DNA of 64,000 bases. Origin: Octopus sinensis. Lineage: Eukaryota. Both the position numbers and the translations under genes were made by a program. The notes under the pieces were generated by a model that saw only the letters and a list, made by a program, of their open reading frames with translations, did not search any database and was not told the DNA's origin. Shown here piece after piece: positions 46,590 through 60,572 of the stretch (the first letter of the stretch is position 1; each line of letters begins with the position of its first letter). The DNA lies in the NCBI RefSeq assembly GCF_006345805.1, contig NW_021825323.1:434001-498000 (forward strand), given 5' to 3'.

Positions 46590-47465
46590 AGTTTTTGTTA
46601 TTTTTTGTTATTTTTTTTTTTTTGGTGACTGTCAAATTTAATAATGCATTAATAGGAAAAAGTAAGCAATTGGTGGCTAAGGGAATTGTCGAGGGCCTGA
46701 GGGTCAGCTCAACGATGCCGCGCTGCGTATTGAGTGGCAGTTTCCGCGGAGCACAGCAACCGAGATTCGCTGGAACAGCCAGCTCGTCTCCCTCCGGTCG
46801 TTTGTTTTTGTGGAGATTTTTCTACCAATGCGGAGAGGAGTTGAGTCGCAGCCTTTCCGACGATTCCAGAGGTTTCGAAGGCGAGGGGGGCAAACTCAAA
46901 AGCGTCCGAAATACACCGGTATTTCGTCATCTTTGTCTCTTCAGCCAGCGCACTGGCGGAACCCGGGTTTGCGACAGTCCTGGGAAGCATTGTCGCCGAA
47001 AAAGAGTCGACACACGTGGCATCCCAAACCAGGGACTTGCCTCCCTAAAAGGAAAGGTCGTCATCCCGTCGGGACGCTTGCCGTCGCTCCGGGAAAGGCC
47101 GACTGGCTCTAGGGTGGAAGGGACCAGCCGACTCTAGAGCCCTCCTCACAACGTCATTCAGATGAGTGTGACGGGGAATTCTCCCGGCACTCTTCTTACA
47201 CGACAAGGCGTGCAAGCCGTTTGACGAAATTGAGGACCCGCACCGGCAAGGGTGGGGCTGGCAGATGTCCAAACCCAATCGTAAGCTGATCCCAATCCGC
47301 AAGGATTCGTCGTCCAGTAGTAACACCCGTACTAGGAGTGGGGAGAGCTTTGAGCCAGTCACCCGTGTGCGGCTGACAGGCGCAGTTAAGGGTGGCCAGC
47401 TGGAGTTGGTCCGACTTGGAGCGAAGTTTTCGTAATGTGTTCAAGCAGAGAATTTCGTCCCAGTT
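46590..47465 (-). mobile_element. CRE-like 3' portion with A-rich tail
   Basis: [48 protein letters not shown]. Confidence 0.88.
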
Positions 47466-48098
47466 TTGTTAATTGCTAATCAAGGTCATTATGCGGTTTT
47501 CTCAAGGTCAAAATGTTACACGTCTGGCGCCCGTTTCAGTTATCGCGCGCCACAATTATTTTGATTCTTTCTTCCTTATGGAAGACCAAATCATCCTCAA
47601 TCACAGGTAATGATACAATATTTATCTGTTTCAGGGCATCGTGGAAAGGTTTAATCAAACTTTGGTGAATAATTTTAAAAAAATTGATAGGTTCGAGTTT
47701 TAAAGGATTATGGGAAAAATCCTTCACTTAAGCTAAACAGATTTGAATCCCCATATGGAGAACCAGCTGAAATTATTCAAATTTTGTCATATTAAGACAC
47801 GTTCGGGGAAATGTAAAATAATTAATATGAATCAAGTAAAAAAAGCATAGAGGCTTTATTTTAGTAAATTTTTTATTGTTAAATCGATCATTGATTAGAA
47901 ACCAATGGAACAACATTTCCAAACCAATGAAATTAATTTTGACAGCCACTGTGACAGACATTATGATAGATTGACAGGTGACATGTAGCCACCATGGGAT
48001 GGGTAGCTCGTGTGGGACGCGACGGTGTTTTTTGGTCTTAATAAATAAATATAATAAATTTAATAAGTGTGTTTTATTGGAATATTTGATTAGTGTGT

Positions 48099-48337
48099 TT
48101 GTGTATCAAAAAACTCTCCCTCGCTCAGCAATAACAAAATAAAAACTAAACAGAAAAGAAGATAGCACCAAATATATAAAGGAAAACTCCAAAAAATAAA
48201 AAATCTTCCGCCACCTAAATTATGTAACGAATGAGGTTAGTTATCAATTGTGTATCAAAAAACTCCCCCTCGCTCAGCAATAACAAAATAAAAACTAAAC
48301 AGAAAAAAAGATAGCACCAAATCCATAAAGGAAAACA
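48099..48337. repeat. Direct repeat of about 89 bp, two copies 149 bp apart
   Basis: TTGTGTATCAAAAAACTC..AAAGGAAAAC at 48099 and 48248. Confidence 0.9.
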
Positions 48338-48549
48338 TGAAAATTTTTGTAGCGCAATTTAATATACTAAGAATGTCCCCCCATCATTCAAATTAAAATT
48401 GATAAACCTTAAATCAGATTTGGAATTTACTTCAGTGCTAAAGATTAAAAATTTGATGGAATTTTATAGTTCACTTCCCAAAGTGAGTCAATTTTCAGTC
48501 ATTCAAATATAAAATAAATATCGAAATAAATTGACTGATGGTCTCTCCA

Positions 48550-49942
48550 ACATGTGTGAACACCTGATGACATCCCAACTCTTCTGTATGAAAGTACTCT
48601 CTGGAAGGTTAAGTCCAAGCGATTTCTAGGTATGAACATGAACAGGATGTTCCGTAAGCTCGCCAAGTTCGGGTTAGTTTACAAGAACAGAGCGAACGAA
48701 ACTTACAGAAGCGGACGAGAAGATATAGCAAGGCAATATCTTCATAAGAACGAACCCCAATACCCCCAAAGCGGAGTGGGAGCGCAGCACAATAGCTTCC
48801 CACCTTTGTAAACAAGGCGTTCAAAAGGAATTGTAACGACAAAGCAACAGCGTCATACAAAGCCAGTTCTTGATGTAAACAATAACAAGAAGATGTACGG
48901 AGCTAATAAGTCAGCCGAGGAATGTAAAGAAAGTTTTTGAGATAGAATAGTCACAAATGAGACTCAAAATGACGGATTCGAGTCCACAGATCCAAAATTT
49001 TTTCTTGATGCTAGGCCTTCATAAATTGAAGAATCAAGAATCACAAGATCTGCAAGGGCAGTTAAACAGAGACCGTCAATCCTCTCAGAAGGACCATAAA
49101 AGCATTACACTGAAGTGTCAGTGGCTCCGAAAGTCCTACGACTTCACATTTATCACCATTTAAAGAAAGCCCAATTTTCGCAAATTCAGATTTTATCCAA
49201 GAGAAGTTTTCCTTAATCACGAGTGACGTCGTCCAAATACCAAAAATTGACCGGCTAGGAAGTGTTGCATGCCACATAATCGACACAGACAGCGAATAAA
49301 AGAGGGCCTAGGGGATCACCCTGTTTGATTCCACACTTCGACCTTATGACTTTCCCGGACAACAGAAGACTGCTTGACATGAAATATGCAAGATAAACTT
49401 TTTGATATAACTCGGGCAGCCTTTGGCGATTGCCTCGAGCATGTGGTCCATCCTGACGCTATTTAAAGCGTTCTTGGCATCAAGTTTGAGAAGGAAGAAA
49501 ACATTCTTTGGCTTTGAAAATGACAACTGGCGGGAAACGGGCTAGTACCCAGGAGTACTAGGCGTTCGGCTTCCTCAGAAAATCCCAGGGTGACCTCTAG
49601 CACTTCAAGAGGGCGGTAACCTTGCTGGCAGAGGCACTAGGGTACTCCCGCTGCAGGTGCTCTAAAAGGTCGTTATCGTTGGTCCCCCATTTATCTACAG
49701 ACGGATAATTAAGAAGAATTTAAGAATAAATTTATTGAAATAGTGTGCAATGATTTACAGATAAGTAGATTTCATAAAGAACCATGGATTCAGGGTCAAA
49801 TAGACAAGCCAAACGATTGACAAAATTTTGATAATAGAAAATATTTATTGCATGATCAAACAAGATTTCCAGAGTACGAGAATTCGACTATTATTCGTTT
49901 TTATTAAAAATCAACTTTCATTTTCAGCTGAAAATCTAATTG
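48550..49942. mobile_element. CRE RT fragment (-) fused to ORF1-like and integrase fragments (mosaic cassette)
   Basis: 48550-49570 parallels 21475-22520; 49510-49855 parallels 19580-19926. Confidence 0.85.
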
Positions 49943-50013
49943 TCAATCAGTTCTTTAACGGATATTATATAACGCCCAATTTTTTTTTCTGACATACATG
50001 AATAAATCATAAC

Positions 50014-50886
50014 TAGGGCAACCAAAAAATTGCACTTTTTAATAAAAAAAATTGCAAAAATGAATTTTAAAAATTGTAAAAAATTGCAAAAATAATTTTT
50101 TTTAATTGTAAACATTACATTATGCAAAAAATTAACGAAATTATTTTCCACTATTGCCCACTATTGAAAAAAACACATTCCCCACTATTGAATAACTTAA
50201 AAAAAACAACAGTAAATGAGTCTGAATGGTATTAATTTTATATTTTGATATTTCTTTAACATTTAACCTGCAAGATGATTCAGATGGCAAAGGATATGTT
50301 TCCTGCTCAAAAAGCCGTATGAGGGAAGGATGTCTGATTTTATAAATTGGTATGTTTGCCTCCAAAAACGCTTGTGTTACTTTGATCCCCCAATCCTTTC
50401 GAGTATCCGTTATCGCCGAAAGAAATGTTTGTGAACTCTGAGATGAATTTGTCCATTCTATAAATTTAAATTCAAAGAAATACTGTGTGCTTTTAAATGT
50501 TTTTTTGAAGAACGGTGCGCATCAACAAAAAATTTTGTGTCACACCGTACAACAGTTGAGCAATTGGAGCAAAATAAATTCCCTTCACTGTCAATAACAA
50601 ACTCGGGGAATTTCTTTGCATAAAATGAAATTTTCTGTGACACTGTCCTTTTACCCATTACAACAAACAACTAAAACACGTTTTAATAATCTTTTACTTA
50701 TAATTATATTATTTTTTAATAAAAAAATTGCAAAAAATTGTAAAATGACTACAAAAAATTGCAAAAAATTGCAAATTTAAATCGAATAAAAATATAATTA
50801 AAATTAATGTCTATTCATTACTTTATTATTTATCGAATTTTAATTAAATTATATTTAATTGCAAAAAATTGCAATTGGTTGCCCTA
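50014..50886 (-). mobile_element. CGGBP1-like hAT element, internally deleted, with micro-intron
   Basis: TIRs TAGGGCAACCAA and TTGGTTGCCCTA; perfect TSD ATCATAAC; LFCSNC..VDAHRSSKKH finger; AFLEANIPIYKIRHPSL; 26-nt intron 50483-50458. Confidence 0.9.
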
Positions 50887-51129
50887 ATCATAACTATAGT
50901 CAATGCTCTCCACTGATTAGTTAATTTTATTTGTTCAATTGTATTTTAGACGATAAATTTCCATTTTCATACAAAATTTTATTATATTTAAATGTTAATT
51001 TTTGAATATGGTTAATTTAATTTTCACACTTGTAATTTATTTGGAGTGATCTTATCTGATAAGTCTGATGCATAAAAATATTTACACGTTACGTATATTT
51101 ATTTTTTTAATATTTGAGATATTTTTTTC

Positions 51130-51330
51130 TAGCGGTGGGGACGTCGGATGCTCTTGGTCCGAAGACGGAAAAGTTCCTCCGCAAGCTCGGAGCCAAAATC
51201 TCAATGCGCACTCACAATCCTCAGGAGGTGGACTGGCTATTGCAACGGTTCTCGATCGCCCTTATCCGGGGGAACAGTTTGGCGGTCCGCCAGGCCTTCC
51301 CTTCGATTAATCGATATTAATTGATAAACA
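51130..51330 (+). mobile_element. CRE-like 3' fragment
   Basis: LAVGTSDALGP..WLLQRFSIALIRGNS. Confidence 0.8.
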
Positions 51331-51344
51331 TACGAATAAATATT

Positions 51345-51837
51345 TGAGAAAGCATGGGAAATAATTTTTGTTATCTCGTATCCAGCTCTTTTTATATTTT
51401 CATTATTTTCAAACATTTTTTATAAGGCCTTGTTGAATATGTTGAATTTCAGTGATTCAACTTTATCCTCACGTAGCTTTCCAGTGTAGTTGGAATATAT
51501 CGGAGCATAGTTTCATAGTGACGTCGAATGTTATACTCCTTCATAACAGAGAGATATTCGTGGCATATTAAACAATAAGCTTTCTGCTTTAATTCATCTT
51601 TCGCAAAAAATATTTCATTTTCCATAATTTATTGAATACACGGTATTCTCGGTCAACCTTTCTTTTCATATTAAACATACAACAAACAAAAATTTAATGT
51701 TAATGCTTATAAGTTTTTTTGAATTAAATCTTGCAAAATAATTTAATTTTTTAATTAAAGTTTTTATTTGAGTTAATTATTAAGGTATTAATTGAATATC
51801 TCAAAATAATGCGCGGGCCGTAGTTTGGTGACATCTG
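51345..51837 (-). mobile_element. SPIN-like hAT 5' remnant
   Basis: CAGATGTCACCAAACTA terminus; MKRKVDREYRVFN..CLICHEYLSVMKEYNIRRHYET. Confidence 0.8.
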
Positions 51838-52030
51838 GTTTAGCCTATTAGTTTACCAACATGAAAGTTGACCATTTTCATTTTAGATTTATTCGATATA
51901 TATATATAAGTGATTAATGTTTTTTAGTGATATTTGTTAATTTTTTCAAATTTGTTTATTCAAATCTTAATTGATTGATTTAAATAAAATGTTATATTAT
52001 TAATCTTGTGAACAATTAGAAATTTATCAA

Positions 52031-52787
52031 ATGGGAGATTTCCTAGACAACCTTTTAAATAACATGGATAATCCTCCCCCTCTTGACAGTAGTGAAAAGG
52101 AGCGCAGAAAAGGTCATAGATTACAATTTTACGTCATAGTCATTGCCAAATTTGTAGAGAGACAAAAGAATGAAATTACCACTAAAATTAACCAGCAACA
52201 AAAAACTGTGGGCATAATTACTAATTAAGCAATTTTATTATCAATTCTAATTATTTAGTACGAGGAGATGTTCAATCAATTTATAGACGACGATAAACGA
52301 ATTCGCATGAAAATAAAGCACGAGGAACGCTCAACTTTTTGCTTATTGTAACCAATTTGGAATCACTCGTATAGAGACGAAATTGCCCAGAAATATAATT
52401 GTACAATTCACAAATTTAAAGATTTTGATGACTTGCCTTTGATTGTGGTGTGGAAATCAGTTTACTTTCCCTAAACGCAGTCTTTTCAGAATTATCAGGT
52501 TTCCCAAGAAGAAATTGATTTTTTCCACGACGGGGGTACCTTGGACGACGAAGCTGAATTTGTATCGTGTCCTAAACAACACGAAACACCGCCTCCCATT
52601 CTTAACAAGGCTAGAAATCGGTCCAAGCAGGGGGAGAAATTTTCGAAGGACATGGCATCTATTCCCAATGCGAATAATGTCTACGGGATTGGTATTATTT
52701 CTTTTCATCGTAGTTTCAAGCGCAAGTAAACGAGATAAGAGGACGATGGAACAGTATTTCTCCGATCGGAAGAAAAAAAAATCTTGA
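52031..52787 (+). CDS. SPAG7: Sperm-associated antigen 7 homolog (R3H-like), multi-exon
   Basis: MGDFLDNLLNNMDNPPPL..; SQEEIDFFHDGVPWD; YG|VSSASKRDKRTMEQ match SPAG7 N- and C-terminal motifs; introns of about 25-30 nt. Confidence 0.85.
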
Positions 52788-52879
52788 CTCGATTTTTATT
52801 ACATTTTCATTATTTTTAATATCAATGCTGTAATATCTAGATTAGCTAATCTATCAAAATTATGTAACTGAAATTTGAA

Positions 52880-53220
52880 ATTACAGTCCAACCCCTGTTT
52901 GAGGCGAGCTGAGTCAATATCAGAGTCCAACTATGATTCATCAATTTGTTTGAGTTTTAGCTCATATTTTTCGGCTGCAAAAGACGACGTTCACTATCTG
53001 CCTGGAGGATGTAAGTTTTTCGCCTTTAAACTGGATCAGATTTGATAATTTTCTCAATCAGCATCTTTTTTTTCCTATCAAATTCTTTAAAGATGACGGA
53101 TCGAGATCAGAATTAAGATAATCTTTAATTTGTTGTATGCTGTCAATCATTCAAATTTCCTCAGTTTCAATTTGATCATTAAAATAGGTAAGACGCTTTT
53201 TAAGCTGAGAAATGGTACCT
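52880..53220 (-). mobile_element. Probable Ginger-like integrase N-terminal remnant
   Basis: QIKDYLNSD..RKLSNLIQFKGE; about 110 bp shared with 33795-33900. Confidence 0.4.
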
Positions 53221-54164
53221 AAAATAAGTAATTAATTTATCCAACCTTTACTCGTGTTTTACTTTTTAGCAATTTTACGTTGGGATAAGAAATTTTCGGT
53301 CAAATATACTTAAAATGATACTTAATTTTTGCCCCAATTTGAGGTTTTATAATTTTGTTAGGGACTGTGAAAAATAGAATTTATTACTGGCATGGACCAA
53401 AATGCGAGGGTGCTCTAAAACTTCTCACAAAATGAGTGTGCCCCAAAAACGGGGTCTGGCTTGGGGCGGGTCGGACTGTATTCACATTTTTCTGGCAATA
53501 ATTTTATTTTTATTTCCGATACATACAATAGTCGACTAAATTGTAAGATTCTATTATTTTGATTAAATATCCCATTGTCCCCTTTTTTTAATCGCTCGAA
53601 CCATGCGCGAACAATTCACCTTCTAAAGTGGTTTTAGAGTTTTGCCATAGGGAGTAGTATCCAACTTTTCCTAAGCTACCCAGCGTCGCTGGTGTAAATA
53701 TAAATTATTTCCAAAAATGTTTTGTCAGCTTTCCTGCCTTTCATAGGCTAGTGTTGGTGTATAATCTTCCAGGAAATGGAATTTGTTGATTTTGCTTTCT
53801 AGAATTGCTTTTATAAGAAGACATGTGAGTAGATAGGAAAAGCTAAGGCAATTAAAATAAGTATAAGGATAAATTATTTTTGCTGATGTTTTGTCAAATA
53901 TTTGTTTTTCATACGTTGATTTGTTGGCGTTCAACCTTCCAAGCAAACATTCAGCGTTTTATCAAGAAACATGTGATTGAGAGCCGATTCATTTCTAAAT
54001 AATCTTTTTCCTCACAAGTTGAATACTTTTATAATTATTATTTAAATTCTTATCAGATCAGATAAAAAGATTCAAACATTTATTAGCAAGTCCTTGTTAA
54101 ATGATCCTCGTAATAAATAAGATTTAAACATCGTAATAACGATTACTAAGTTGTCCGATGGATT

Positions 54165-55720
54165 TCGAGACCAGTGGGATAATTGGACCCAAAGCCTTCA
54201 AACTCCTCTCAGAGATTGGTTTAATCATCTTGAGGAGGAGTCACGATAGTCGTGAAACGAGCTGGCTTTTTCAGCGGATATCGTTCCCGATATTACGTGG
54301 AAATTGCCTGTCCGTTCGGCGACTTATCTAATTTAGTTAACTTCTCTATTTTACTTGTTATTTTTTTAAAACAGAGATCATAAAATCTCAGTCCCAATTC
54401 AAGACTTTGGCTTAGTAATGGAAAAGATTTCAGAAATCTTGCCAGACACACAAACAAACACGCCTCAACGATGTTTATTTCTTGGTGTCCTTTCGGAGAG
54501 TCCGAAGTGCAAAACCACCTCAGAGCTAAGAGTGTCGAAATGTCCCGTTTTACTGAACGCTTCTCTCTACTCGACTCCCACACGGCCTTTTTCCTCCTCA
54601 AAAATTGCATCCACGTGCCCAAACTGTTATATTTATTGAGATGCTCGCCCTGTTTTATACAAGATGAAATATATGCATTCTATCGATGATACGTTAAGAT
54701 TGTGTGCCGAGTGGATCCTAAATGTCCGTTTCGATAATGATGGGTGGACCCAGTGTAAACTACCTCTTAATTCTGGCGGAGCTGGCCTAAGATCCGCCCT
54801 GGACCTTACCCTCCCAGCTTTCCTGTCCTCTCACTCATCCTGCCGAAGGCTATCCTTGGAGATTCTACATAAATCCCCCGAATCTTCTTTGGACAGGCCT
54901 TTTGAAGATGGATGTATGCTGTGGAAGGAATCAGGATTAAATTCCCGATCCAAACATCACTCCAACAGAGCTGGGACAAATTACGCTGCGAATTCACCGC
55001 AGACAATGAGGCTCGACCAGCACCGCCTCGCCTGCTTACGCTCTGCAGCTGTGCCACACAGTGGGTCATGGCTGAATGCTATGCCAATCGCTGGCCTCGG
55101 AACATTATTAGAGGATGACTGCATGCGTATCGGTACTGCACTGAGACTCGGACTTGACATCTGCGAACAACATCGTTGTAGATGTGGAAAAATGGTTGAC
55201 GTCAAAGGTGTACACCCACTCTCTTGCAAACGAAGCGCTGGCCGAGCTCCTCGGCACTCCGCTATTAACAATGTTATCTAAGAGCTCTTGAGTCGGCGGG
55301 CTTCCCCTCGATCCTAGAGCCAGTGGGATTAGATCGCGGAGATGGGAAAAGACCCGATGGAATGACCACTTTTCCCTACTCCTGGGAAAATCGTGGTTGG
55401 GATTCAACGTGTGTTGACCACCCATTCCAAAACTAATATGATCTCTTCTGCTGTTTCTCCAGGTTCTGCAGCAGATGCTGCAGAGCAAAGAAAAATTGCC
55501 AAATACGCAAATCTTGGACAACGGTACCGCTTCGTACCTATCGCTGTGGAGACTTCTGGGGTAACCGCCCTCTTACGACTTCTTTCATCAGAGAAGTCGG
55601 AGGAAAAGTTGCTAGGCGACGTGGGGAGCCTCGAGAAGTGTCATGGTTATTCCAAAATTGGAATAGCTGTCGTTCGCGGCAATGCACACTCCATCATGCG
55701 TGCAACCGCAAGTGCCTTTA
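54165..55720 (+). mobile_element. CRE-like fragments (3' piece plus RT-RLE piece)
   Basis: [58 protein letters not shown]. Confidence 0.9.
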
Positions 55721-55873
55721 AATCATTGACTAACTTATTTCAATATCTTAAAAGTAGAAAACAAAGATTTAAATGACATTCTTGGAGGTTACCTTTAAAT
55801 AATTTATTTAAAATATTATTTTATATGTTTAAATGTATTAATAATTTAAAATATTAATTTTTTGGTGTTATTT

Positions 55874-56948
55874 ATGCCTTCACACTGGAAAAAACTACCT
55901 CAACAACTGACAAATGATCAAGTGGTGTTAGCCAAAATGTCTACTGTGAATTTGGGATTCTACAAAGACCCGTATATACAATATTTTGTGTCCCAAAAGA
56001 TAGCTAATTTGACCCCTGAAATGAATATTGGATATTTTCTTCGTTATGCCGCCATAAAACAGCTTGCATATAAATTCTATCACGCGATGAGGAACAATTT
56101 TTTCCAAATAATAAACATTGGATGTGGCTTCGATACTTTGTATTGGAGATTGATTGATGAAAAGATTCTAAACTGCCTTGTGGTGGATATCGACTATGAA
56201 TCTCTTATTTTTCGTAAAAGTGTGATCATTGAACAGAACTCTGATCTGATGGGACATTTAGGTTATCTTCAATCAACATGTGACAGAATTTCCTTATAAG
56301 GACCATCGTTCAATGTTACAGTCAGAAAGATATCGCTTTATCGGGGCAGACCTTGGAAATCTGGATTTTATTAAAAGTGAATTAAAGGTATTACTACTAA
56401 CATGACTATCAGAATATCCCATTGTTTTCTTATAGCAATCCCACTTTTGTCTTGGCAGAGTGTGTCTTGGCTTACTTGGAGCCGACAGCTTGCTCGAACT
56501 TGTTATCGTGGATGTCCAGTTCTTTCTTGTCTCTTATGGTGGTGAATTACGACATTGTAGAGTTTAACTCTTATTGGTAGGTTAACATTAATGATTGTTT
56601 CGGGAAAATTATGTTTGCCCATATGAGTAGACAAGGCTTCAACATTCCAGATAAAAAGTCATGTTCAACTTTGGAGTCACAGATGGAGAGGTTTTGACTG
56701 AAAATGGCATTTTTAGATTTTATAGTAATGGATTTTCGGGAGGGAATGCGATATTGATGAGTGATGTTAAGCTTAGTCAGAATATAAAGCAGGAGTTTAA
56801 ATTGACTTATCACCGTTTTAGGAATATGTCTCTCAGAGTATTGGATGAAACTGAAGTACTCCATCAAATGTTGGAGCATTATTGCTTGTGTTGGGCCTAC
56901 GTCGACGCTGGTAATATCTACAAGTTACAAGACATATGCTTTAACTAA
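55874..56948 (+). CDS. LCMT1: Leucine carboxyl methyltransferase 1
   Basis: AKMSTVNLGFYKDPYIQYFV..PEMNIGYFLR, QIINIGCGFDTLYWRL, AECVLAYL, LDETEVLHQMLEHYC; five 24-39 nt introns. Confidence 0.93.
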
Positions 56949-58412
56949 TCTATTGAAAAGATTGCTTTTTAATTTGAACTTTACAGTTTCTAAAATCTCA
57001 GCGCCGTTCATCTGTTTTTTTTTATAAAATCTATTAAAAACTTTTCTTATATGCAGATTAGTTTATTTTGGGGTCATGTTTATTCTTGGTGGTGGTAAAG
57101 CTACCGGAGAGATAATGATAATGGACGTGAAGAGTAAAAAACATGAACTCTTAAGAAATACGCTAGCCAAAGGGTAATCTATTAATCAAATTACTTTTAT
57201 TTTATTTATAAAAACGAAATATTTGAAAGTTTTTTTTATGTCAGATCCGAGTTAGATTTTCGTTCATTTTTTCATATAGTTCGTATTCCTGTTTAGAAAT
57301 TAATAGAATTTTAACTTTTTCAACAAACTTCCTGAAAGAGAATGAATCTTTTTTCAATTCCTTAAAATTTATTGTTTGATTAAATTTTGGTTTTTCGTAG
57401 TTTAATGTGTTTTTACATATCTCATCGTGCTTATATTAAGTTTGATATTTATACTCTATTATTATTTTTCTTTGTTAAAGATTCCGATATTTTTTTGAGT
57501 GAATCAGTATTCTGTTTTAATTAAATAAGATAAATACATTAGGCGAAAAATACATTTTTACGTTTTTAATATTAAAATCTCTCCAAATTTCACATGGTTG
57601 AAATAGTAAAAATCTCAGCTGTAGTACATTTTCTAATTTCTGACTGAACTAACAGATCATGTACTGTATTTACATCAGGTTCGTACAAATTTATTGAATC
57701 TTCTGAATCATTTTCGAAATTTATATTTGACATTAAAATCTTTCTGTCAACCACTGTAATCCATTTTCTAAATTAATCCTAAAACTTGTATATAACCTTT
57801 TGTGTTCTTTTTCTGTGTTAGTTTTGTACATTACTTGTATACTAATTTGGTATACGTAAAAGTTATTAAAAGATATTTTTGTAATCTAAAATAAGATAAT
57901 CTACTCTCTAACTCTATCAACAGCTCTGACTTTAAAATATATGTTAACAATCCTACATCCGGAATTAAAAGGATAGCCATCATCAAGATCTTTAATTAGT
58001 ACTTTGCCAATTGATTTTACAACAATGTCAATTAGTTCATGATCTGAATCCATTTGATAACAAAATATCTCCTTGGTAATAAACTTAATTGATTATATTT
58101 TCATTTAATAATTATTTTTATAATTCAGAAAATAAATATCGAGCTCTTCCTTTTGTTTAAAGGCTCATAAAAATTACATTTTTCTCCCATCGCGATTATT
58201 TAGTAATCAGATAACAAAGGCGCCTAAAATTCCCATGCTCCAATATAAAAGTCCTTAAATGGGACGCAGCCTTTTACCCGTTTCACCACATGATTGAGTT
58301 TTTTTCAAAATTATTTCATTTTTTTCTTTTTTGATTAATTTTTAAAATATTTTATAGTCAAATTTTATATACATAACAAATATTAATGTTGCCAAGAGAT
58401 TATAGTAAATAA

Positions 58413-60572
58413 ATGACGTCGATTGATTCCACATTATATGAAAATTGTAAAGCTGCCTTTTTTAACTATTATTTGGGACTAACGTTTAAAATAAATTCTT
58501 TCGGTGAGTTTTTAACAGGTACTTAAAAAATATACGTTCAAGTTCTTCGAATGGCGGGTTTGAATCCTTCAAATAATTTAGCAAAAAAATTATGGGATGA
58601 CAATAAAGGTTGTCAAATTATAATTGATACAAATAGATTCTATTACCTTAAACCGTTTTTGCCAGGTTGCATCTTCGTTTCCACGTATTGACGAAAAAAG
58701 ATTGATGAATAATTTCAAAATAATTGACAAAAATTTAAAAGGATATTTAACTCGGGAAGAGGTTTTCAGTCTATTAGGCAGGGATAGCGAAGAAAATAAA
58801 TTTAATATTGAAAGTGTCAAACGATTGCTAAATGAATTATATTTTGACGATGATAAATTATATTACGAGAAAGTTGTTTTTTACTGTTATCAAGTAGTTT
58901 TGTAATGATTTCTCTTTAACTACAGAAAAGCTGTTGAATTTAATGAAGAAGGAATTAAAAGGAAAAGAAAACGAAACATTAAGTTGTTATTTTCACCTTA
59001 GTTTTTAGCTCTAACTGATTCATTTCCTAAAAAAGGAATTTTAAAAAAGAGCTCGTCTTATATAGATCAAAATTTAAATTCAACAAAAAAGATTATCCAT
59101 GAGCAACAAAATCAAAAAAACCAAAATTTCAAGTTGATTTAAAATTTGTCCTCAATATTATAGAAACAAAGAACAAAAAAATCAAACTAAATATTCCCTG
59201 GCGACACTTAACATTGCAAATACAGTTAATAGTGTGGCTTTTAAAACTCCACGAGATTTCAAGGTTTTAATTAAGTTTTTATCATCTTCAGAAATATTTT
59301 CCCGTCAATTTAAACGGATGTTTTTACTATGATGCAAATGATATGATGTGGTCTCATGTGTATGATCTGAAGATTATGAAAAAGACCACGGTTATATTAT
59401 ATATCAGCTCAAGCATTGGTTCGATTAATTTTAGTAATTATTATAGCAAAAAACACTTCTCTTCTTTTTTTATTAGATCAAAATGGGCATGTGAAGACAA
59501 TTTCAAATCTAAAAGATCAAAACGGAGTATTTCTAGATCTAGACGTATTTAGGTGTACATTAACAAAGTTGAATTACTTCCTGGGAGTTATACTATTCTA
59601 CCATACATTGTCCATCCTGAAATAAAAGTCGAGAAAAACTACAAAGCTACCACACTTGTGAACAAAAAGAAGGATGGGACTTTTTCCCTTTCAGAAAAGT
59701 GTCTGTAAAATTCAAATTGGCCTAATCTATTAGATCTGCTGTTACTAAAGCTTTCGAAACATTAGATTTAAATAAGGATGGATATCTTGACATCCTCGAA
59801 TTTAACTTTTACCATTTATTAACTTCTGGAGAAAGAATAACCCAAGAGGAGTGGAAACTTCTTAAACGTAAATTAATTATCCTCAAAATCAAAAATTAAT
59901 ATTTTTATTTTTAAGGTCGTGGTTTTTCCGGCGACTTGGGAGTGAGTCTGCATGACTTAATAAATCTTCTTGAGTTAGAATTAAATGCGAATTCTGGGGA
60001 TGTTCATGATCTCTGGACGACACTGATTTTATTGGGTTTCAGCAGTTCTCTTAGTTGTGTCAAAGTAATATAACAAGTTTACACTAAAGTGTATCCCTTT
60101 TGAAATCACATGCTTTACAAAAAATATTAAAAAAGTAAATTTTGAAATCGCAGCATTGAAAAGTAATTATAGTGAGGTGATTAAAATTTTGAAAAAATCA
60201 AAATCACAACACGTAAAAAACTGATTTTAATGTTTAAGGTACAAATTAGAGCTTTGCCTGCATATCCAGACTTCACTGCATATTCTCTACAAACTGATTT
60301 TCTTATTCTCGTTTTTTATGATAATCAGGTCCGAAATATATTCTATTCTATTATTTATAGACAAATCGTGAAATTGAAGTAGAATATAATACGTCTGAAA
60401 GTCATAATCTACAGCCATTAAATTCTAAATTCTCAGCTACATTAAAGCTGGCACCTAAGGCTGAATCGGTTAATTAATTATTTTTAATTTATAGGAGTTC
60501 ATTCCTTACGTCATTTTTAATAATGTAGGCGATTATAAGTTTACTCTCAATGAGATTCTAAGAATCCATTAA
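58413..60572 (+). CDS. EFCAB7: EF-hand calcium-binding domain protein 7, many micro-introns
   Basis: LYENCKAAFL..LRMAGLNPS; EF-hands; DLNKDGYLDILEFNFYHLLTSGERITQEEW; DVHDLWTTLILLGF. Confidence 0.85.
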
